DNA from: Methanoregula sp.
GTDB lineage: Archaea > Halobacteriota > Methanomicrobia > Methanomicrobiales > Methanospirillaceae
Direction: 5' to 3'
DNA: 64,000 nt
NCBI GenBank assembly: GCA_028679075.1
Contig: JAJRCF010000011.1
Location: 9,217-73,216 of the forward strand
In this document: positions 58,640 to 64,000 of the stretch, piece by piece
Position numbering within the stretch: position 1 is the stretch's first letter
How the letters are laid out: every line of letters starts with the position of its first letter
Position numbers and translations under genes: made by a program
Notes under the pieces: generated by a model
Databases searched by the model: none
What the model saw: the letters and a program-made list of their open reading frames with translations, nothing else
What the model was told of the DNA's origin: nothing

Positions 58640-59514
58640 GCAATGGTCACGTCCTGCACCACATGCCAGGCATGCGGCCGGTATTTCTTCACTTTATGTA
58701 CCTGGATTGTACCAGAAAAACCTGCGCCCTCAAGCTGTTCCCGGATCGGCACTTCGGCCAGACCGATGCTGTGGACGTGGAGGGTACTCCCGTGTCTCAC
58801 GTGCCTGAGCGCATCGGCGACCATTGATACTGCATCAAAATGTCCCATCACGATCCGGTCGTAGGTGCCGGTCAATGATTTTCGGCAATCCCCGGGCGTT
58901 GCCGTGATCCGATCGCTGAACTGGTTCTCCCGGATATTCTGCTCAAGGTACCCGAATGCCACGGGATTGATCTCCATTGCGTGTACCCGTGCACCGGCGC
59001 CTGCCATGGGTATGGTGAAGTACCCGATGCCGGCAAACATGTCTGCCACGTGTTCGTTGCCGGTCCCGGCACGGACCAGGTCCGCGATGCGCATCTTCTC
59101 GTTCCGGTTGCCCATCGAGAACATGACCTTCTGCGGGTCGAGGATGTAGGTGTACCCGCTCTCTTTATGGCGCACAACGCCTGCCGCTCCCCACAGGAGC
59201 TCCGTATGCGGTGTGCGTGTGATATCCCGGAGGGATTCGATCCAGACAATGCCGCGCGGGTGGCGGAACCCGATGATCGCGTCAAGCGCGGCACCTGATG
59301 GTTTATCCCCATGGATGACCGCAACATCGCCTACCATGTAATAGCCTTTCCCGGTATAGGGCGAGCGTTCCCGGACCTCGGCATCACAGGGCTCGTCAGG
59401 TTTTACCGGGACCCATGCAACATCCCCGTCAACAAACACGCCCCGTGACGGGTCGACCCAGTCCTCCCCGCTTACGGTGCCGAGCTGCTCCCGTGCGATC
59501 TTCCTTGCCCGCAT
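58636..59514 (-). CDS. taw2: Met-10+/Trm5 family SAM transferase, probably Taw2 (wyosine pathway)
   Basis: DPQKVMFSMGNRNEK, DMFAGIGYF and DRIVMG (lacks the Trm5 NLP motif). Start set at MRARK. Confidence 0.7.
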   Translation of the reverse strand: MRARKIAREQLGTVSGEDWVDPSRGVFVDGDVAWVPVKPDEPCDAEVRERSPYTGKGYYMVGDVAVIHGDKPSGAALDAIIGFRHPRGIVWIESLRDITRTPHTELLWGAAGVVRHKESGYTYILDPQKVMFSMGNRNEKMRIADLVRAGTGNEHVADMFAGIGYFTIPMAGAGARVHAMEINPVAFGYLEQNIRENQFSDRITATPGDCRKSLTGTYDRIVMGHFDAVSMVADALRHVRHGSTLHVHSIGLAEVPIREQLEGAGFSGTIQVHKVKKYRPHAWHVVQDVTIA

Positions 59515-59516
59515 TG

Positions 59517-60557
59517 TTACCTGACAATAATGAACTGCTCCCCGTCCCGCAGGATGTTGACATGGTCGCCGGCCCGGATCTCCATCCATCCCGGTCGCGC
59601 GATCTCATGGGTCCTGCCGCTGACCGGGTCGAGAATGCCGACAATAGAATTGTCTGAAAATGCCGCCAGCGCGGACTCTACGTTCCGCGAGTTGCCGATG
59701 ATGCGTTCAATATCATCGAGCCGCACGGTCTTCGATGTGCCGTCTTTGAGATCCAGGACACGGACGTGGTTCGACTCAATACGTTCGACTTCGTAATACC
59801 GTTTCCTGACAATGACCACATCGTGCTTCTGGAAACGGGGGAGGCGCACCGAGTAGGTGATCCGGTACAGCTGGCGGCCGTTCTTCTCCCCCACCAGTTT
59901 CGGGTGCGTGGTGTACCTCCCGCCAAGCTGGGCAACGATTCCCTGGGATATGAGCTGGCCGATGTGCTGCGTCCCGATGATGATATCAATGCCATCGCGG
60001 ATCTCGTTCATGTCGGATATGAACGAGAGGCGCTCTCCTCCTGACTGGAGTGTTTCCTCGATCTGCTGGGCGATCGATGCCGCCATCTGGACCTCGAAGG
60101 TGCTCGGGATCCTGCCTTCGGCACGGACCTGGACAATCCCCTCGTAATAACTCCCGCTGATCCGGTTGCAGCGGTCGCACTGCTCCTTGTCCCAGATGAT
60201 CTCGACCGTACAGCTCCCTGTGACCGGTGTCTTGTACAGGGTCCCCCGGAGAGAAAGGGTGGCGCGTGACCGGTTCACGGTCAGCTCGTCGACTATAACA
60301 TCGATCTCCGGTTTTTTGACATCGGCGTGGAAATGCACGGCCGACTTTGCGAGATCGGGTGCCAGTTCATGCCGGGTGCGGGTGCTGTCGGTCCAGGTAT
60401 TCACCTGTTTGATCGCCCCGCAGCTGGGACACTGGACATTTTTTGCGCGGGTGTCGCAGGTAAACCAGGGGGTACTCCCGATCCGGCATTGCATGCAGAG
60501 CCCTTCCTTATCGGAAGGCTTCCCGCATTTTGGACAAAAATTATCGCGGATACTCAT
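59517..60557 (-). CDS. NMD3 family ribosome biogenesis protein
   Basis: FCPKCG...LCMQC, CPSCG, CDRC-x4-GSYYEGIVQVRA and LVGEKNG-x3-YRITYSVR. Confidence 0.92.
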   Translation of the reverse strand: MSIRDNFCPKCGKPSDKEGLCMQCRIGSTPWFTCDTRAKNVQCPSCGAIKQVNTWTDSTRTRHELAPDLAKSAVHFHADVKKPEIDVIVDELTVNRSRATLSLRGTLYKTPVTGSCTVEIIWDKEQCDRCNRISGSYYEGIVQVRAEGRIPSTFEVQMAASIAQQIEETLQSGGERLSFISDMNEIRDGIDIIIGTQHIGQLISQGIVAQLGGRYTTHPKLVGEKNGRQLYRITYSVRLPRFQKHDVVIVRKRYYEVERIESNHVRVLDLKDGTSKTVRLDDIERIIGNSRNVESALAAFSDNSIVGILDPVSGRTHEIARPGWMEIRAGDHVNILRDGEQFIIVR

Positions 60558-60847
60558 AGATGGTAGATTTGTACGTGAGGAATTTTCCCGATCATGATAC
60601 AATTGGACCGCGTGATCAGTCCCATGGCAACAGCGAGGCTGACCGATCGCTCACCCATGAGGTTGATATTGCCGGCATCGTTCAGCGCTGCACGGACGTC
60701 CTCTTCGGTTGCCGGTTTGCTGCCATAGAACGATTCGGTGATCATGACAGTGATCTTTTCATGGCTGATTGTCGTATTGATCAGTTCGCGATCACATACT
60801 GCCACGACATCCCCCGACCCCGGGGAACGGTGAATCTTCAGAAACAT
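60554..60847 (-). CDS. DUF424 family protein
   Basis: VVAVCDRELI, SFYG, NINLMGE and IPHVQI. Confidence 0.85.
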   Translation of the reverse strand: MFLKIHRSPGSGDVVAVCDRELINTTISHEKITVMITESFYGSKPATEEDVRAALNDAGNINLMGERSVSLAVAMGLITRSNCIMIGKIPHVQIYHL

Positions 60848-60898
60848 TGATCACTCATTGGCTGGCGGGGATAAAAAAAGGTGAGTCTGTACTATTCG

Positions 60899-61729
60899 TC
60901 AGGCAAGGACAATTGTCACACCATAGACGTCCTGGATGGTCTCTGCATGGATCCGGAAACAGTCGTCCTCTGTCATCTGCCCGGATTCGAGCAGCTTGTT
61001 GGTATACCGGGGCACGGACTTGGGGCCGATCACGGCGCCCGGTCGGGCGTTTTCATCCATGTAGTCGCTCTCCATGGTGAACGGCCTTCCGCTGCGTACC
61101 AGGTCCGGGATCGCTTCATGCTTTGCAATCAGCGACGGGTGCAAGGGTGTGTCGGGTGACCCGTAATGCTTGACCACCCGTCCGGCCGGTACCCCGGCAA
61201 GACGTGCCATGTCAATGATGTCGCTGCAGGGCCCGGTCTCTGCGTGCACCTGGAGGGCGCACCCGCAGTCCGCGGCACAGGCGAGGGCATGCATGAGCAC
61301 TTCGTTGGATGCAGCCAGCAGCTCCGGGCTTACTTCATAGTGCGGGCGCCCGCTCTTCAGGGCAACCGCTGTTCCTTCCCGGACATATCGTGCGGCACAG
61401 TCGATCCCGCCTTTCATCGTGTCGACCGCTTCCGCAAGCGACATGCGCTCCGTAAGGTGCGTGATCTCGGCAGGGTGGACGCCAAGGACGGGGAATGCGA
61501 CAACTCCGGTCTCTTTGACCAGGGCAGCGATCCGGATCGTCTCATCGAACACCGCTGCATAATCAGCGCCGGATGCCGGGTGGACGGATAAAGACCAGGA
61601 GGGTTTTGACACGAGAAAGAGGTGCGTTCCCCCGGCCCGGCAAAAATCCTTCACCGCTTCGAGACCGCGGCCATTGACCGGATCGATATGGATATGGTCG
61701 TCAGTTACGGGATATCTTCTCGATTTCAT
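60899..61729 (-). CDS. TatD family hydrolase
   Basis: DDHIHID, LGVHP, GRPHY, LQVHAE, VKHY and MESDYMD-x3-RPGAV. Confidence 0.88.
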   Translation of the reverse strand: MKSRRYPVTDDHIHIDPVNGRGLEAVKDFCRAGGTHLFLVSKPSWSLSVHPASGADYAAVFDETIRIAALVKETGVVAFPVLGVHPAEITHLTERMSLAEAVDTMKGGIDCAARYVREGTAVALKSGRPHYEVSPELLAASNEVLMHALACAADCGCALQVHAETGPCSDIIDMARLAGVPAGRVVKHYGSPDTPLHPSLIAKHEAIPDLVRSGRPFTMESDYMDENARPGAVIGPKSVPRYTNKLLESGQMTEDDCFRIHAETIQDVYGVTIVLA

Positions 61730-62054
61730 GGCACTCCACGATCGTCATCAGGGGATAGCCCTGTTCCGGGGAGAGGCGCGCCCGGCAGTACGCAAACCCG
61801 ACGCGGGTCACTATCTCCACGTTGAACATCATGCCGGACAGTTCGCTGTACCCGAACCGGTTCTCCGTCATCAGGTCCCGGTCAAGCCGGACCGTGATCT
61901 CTTCCACAAACGGCTGGAGGATGACTGCCCGCTCGATTGCCGTCTCGACGCTCGCCGCGGATGCCCGGGAAATGGGGGTCCCCACCCACTGGTGGTAAAG
62001 GGCCCCGAGCTTGATCCCGGCTTCAAACACTGCCTGTTCCCTGTTGCTTGTCAT
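61701..62054 (-). CDS. mptD: Archaeal dihydroneopterin aldolase
   Basis: FEAGIKLGALYHQW-x-GTP, QPFV, GYSEL and YPLM. Confidence 0.85.
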   Translation of the reverse strand: MTSNREQAVFEAGIKLGALYHQWVGTPISRASAASVETAIERAVILQPFVEEITVRLDRDLMTENRFGYSELSGMMFNVEIVTRVGFAYCRARLSPEQGYPLMTIVECHEIEKISRN

Positions 62055-62078
62055 GGATGCTGCTCCTGGATCAACTTC

Positions 62079-63998
62079 CTAGATCAACTGGATGATACCG
62101 GACTTTGGTTCCATTGCTTCCCCGTGCCGGAGGAGCATGTCGATCCCGTCTTTCACTTTGTCCCGCGGGAATCCCTTTGCGCTGACCGCATCGATCACCT
62201 GGTCGATACCCGCACGGCGTCCTTCGCCGCCGATATCGCGGATCGCGTCCTTGATGACCCGCACGATGTCGCGTTTCTCTTTGGAGATGCCGGTTACGAC
62301 CTTGTCGATATCGAAGGTGCCGGTCTTCGCATCATATGCGATCTGCCGCAGGCAGGCATCAACGATATGGATAACGCGTTCTGCGTCGCTCAGCTCGATC
62401 TTATCCGAAAGCCGGATACGCGCACTTGCCTCGGCAAGCCGGACAAGCGCTTCGAGTTGCCGGGCCGTCACCGGCACCGGCTTGTTGGGTTCCGCGATAC
62501 CCCTGAGTTTTAAGTAATACCCGACAAGCGCTTCCCGGGATTCTGCCGAGAGCATCGGGAAGCAGGAGCGTTTGGCATATGCCACGTATTTTCTGAAGAG
62601 CCCGGGATCGATATCCGGCATGACCGGCGCGAGCTGCTGCTGGATGTACTCGTCCGTGACGCCGGGTATGGGCGTCTTCCTGTGCTGCGCGATCAGTTCC
62701 CCGGTACTGTGCGCCTTGAGGATGTGTTCTGCGATAGCGAGGTCCCGTTTCTGCTCCGGCTGGTCGGTCATGATGAAGATCAGGTCAAACCGGGAGAGCA
62801 GCGACGGGGGCATGTTGATCTGGTCGGAGATGTCCCCGAACATATCGAACCGGCCGTACTTCGGGTTTGCTGCGCCAAGCAGGGCGCACCGCGATTTGAG
62901 GGTGGCCGTGATCCCGGCCTTCGCAACGCTGATCGACTGCTGCTCCATTGCCTCGTGGAGGGCGGAACGGTCACCCTTCTCCATCTTGTCCATCTCATCG
63001 ACTGCGGCGACACCCATATCGGCAAGCACCAGCGCACCGGCTTCGAGCGTCCAGCGGCCTTCCCCGAATTCGTCTTTCACCGCGGTTGCGGTCAGGCCCG
63101 CGGCAGTCGAGGACTGTCCGCTCGTATAGATCGCACGGGGGGAGAGTTTGACAACGTACCGCAGCAACTGGCTTTTTGCAATACCCGGGTCACCGATCAG
63201 GAGGACATGGATATCGCCCCTGAGACGGCTGCCATCCGGCATCTCCTTTGCGATCCCGCCGAACAACTGGAGGGCAATTGCCTGCTTCACGTCCTCGCTC
63301 CCGTAAATGGTCGGGGCAATCGAGTGGGTGATCATCCGGTAGATCATCGGGTCCCTGCTCAGGCGCTGGATCTCGTCTTCGGCCTTCTCGTCGATCTCGA
63401 CCTCCTCGAATTCCTTCTCCGCGACCTCGATGGAATTGCATTCAAGGAAGATATCGAAGACCGTGCTCTTCTCGCCCTTGACGATCCGCTGCATCGAGCG
63501 CAGGATGCCATTGATAATGACGCGGTCGCCCGGGGAAACTTTACCGGAGAGGTCATCGGTCACATCGATATCCAGTGTCTGCGGCTGTTCGCCCCCGCGC
63601 AGGCCTTCCGGGGACTCCTGGATCCTCAGTTTCTGGGAGTCCACGAACTTCGACCGCTTGGGCATGAGCTCGAGCTTCTTGAACGTACAGCCATCGGTGG
63701 CACAACCCTCAGGCTCGATAAATTTCCCGTACTTCTGCTGTTTTAACGTAAAATGGCCGGCAGGGCAGCGGAACACGGCATCGACAATGCGTGGCCGGAC
63801 TTCCGTGGTCTTTCTGAGGATGCCCTCTACGGAAACGAAACGGTTGATGTCATCCGACCGGATATAGCGGATACCGGTCTTTTTCGGGAGATTGGTGAAC
63901 CGTATGTTGATGCCTTTTGGTTCTTTGCTATCCTTGGTCCGTATCAACTGGCTGTTTTTTATTGCGTCCCAGACATCCTCGAGGACCTTCCCGGGATT
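62079..63998 (-). CDS. mcm: MCM replicative helicase (N-terminus outside the window; no intein in the visible part)
   Basis: Frame is open to the window edge (NPGKVLEDVWDAI). Zn finger, IGDPGIAKSQ, GALVLAD, VDEMDKM, EAMEQQ, SRFD and TARQLE motifs. Confidence 0.97.
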   Translation of the reverse strand, partial: NPGKVLEDVWDAIKNSQLIRTKDSKEPKGINIRFTNLPKKTGIRYIRSDDINRFVSVEGILRKTTEVRPRIVDAVFRCPAGHFTLKQQKYGKFIEPEGCATDGCTFKKLELMPKRSKFVDSQKLRIQESPEGLRGGEQPQTLDIDVTDDLSGKVSPGDRVIINGILRSMQRIVKGEKSTVFDIFLECNSIEVAEKEFEEVEIDEKAEDEIQRLSRDPMIYRMITHSIAPTIYGSEDVKQAIALQLFGGIAKEMPDGSRLRGDIHVLLIGDPGIAKSQLLRYVVKLSPRAIYTSGQSSTAAGLTATAVKDEFGEGRWTLEAGALVLADMGVAAVDEMDKMEKGDRSALHEAMEQQSISVAKAGITATLKSRCALLGAANPKYGRFDMFGDISDQINMPPSLLSRFDLIFIMTDQPEQKRDLAIAEHILKAHSTGELIAQHRKTPIPGVTDEYIQQQLAPVMPDIDPGLFRKYVAYAKRSCFPMLSAESREALVGYYLKLRGIAEPNKPVPVTARQLEALVRLAEASARIRLSDKIELSDAERVIHIVDACLRQIAYDAKTGTFDIDKVVTGISKEKRDIVRVIKDAIRDIGGEGRRAGIDQVIDAVSAKGFPRDKVKDGIDMLLRHGEAMEPKSGIIQLI

Positions 63999-64000
63999 TT

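Overview
This is a 64-kb chromosomal window from a methanogenic archaeon. The gene content (mmp10, DUF2111, npdG, pok/pps, top6AB, mcm) points to Methanomicrobiales, probably Methanoregula-like; this is inferred, not verified. Positions 2654-30629 hold a visibly AT-richer surface-glycan island between top6A and the 3' end of tRNA-Thr(TGT), built from five blocks of alternating orientation. The island encodes a deacetylase/ATP-grasp/PHP cassette, a probable GDP-linked deoxysugar module with a GT4 and a flippase, a CDP-glucose-derived C-methyl branched-sugar module, an ATP-grasp/mannitol-1-P-dehydrogenase-like/IMPase operon, and a pseudaminic-acid-type pathway. That pathway lacks PseH but adds an aldo-keto reductase and a class III aminotransferase, and it faces a candidate nonulosonate transferase. 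The rest is mostly housekeeping: mmp10, an intron-containing tRNA-Met, pyruvate carboxylase with a biotin ECF transporter, BirA and a BirA operator, rtcB/archease, secDF, aglJ, CoA biosynthesis, RFC-S, NMD3 and MCM. The least explained DNA is a 1.24-kb gene-free block (52552-53794). It contains a 33-bp-periodic G-string array, a 9-bp lattice of alternately oriented TGACCTGT sites, A-tract flanks, and a structured GC-rich repeat whose second copy sits inside the CoA gene cluster. All functional calls come from motif recognition by eye; no searches were run.
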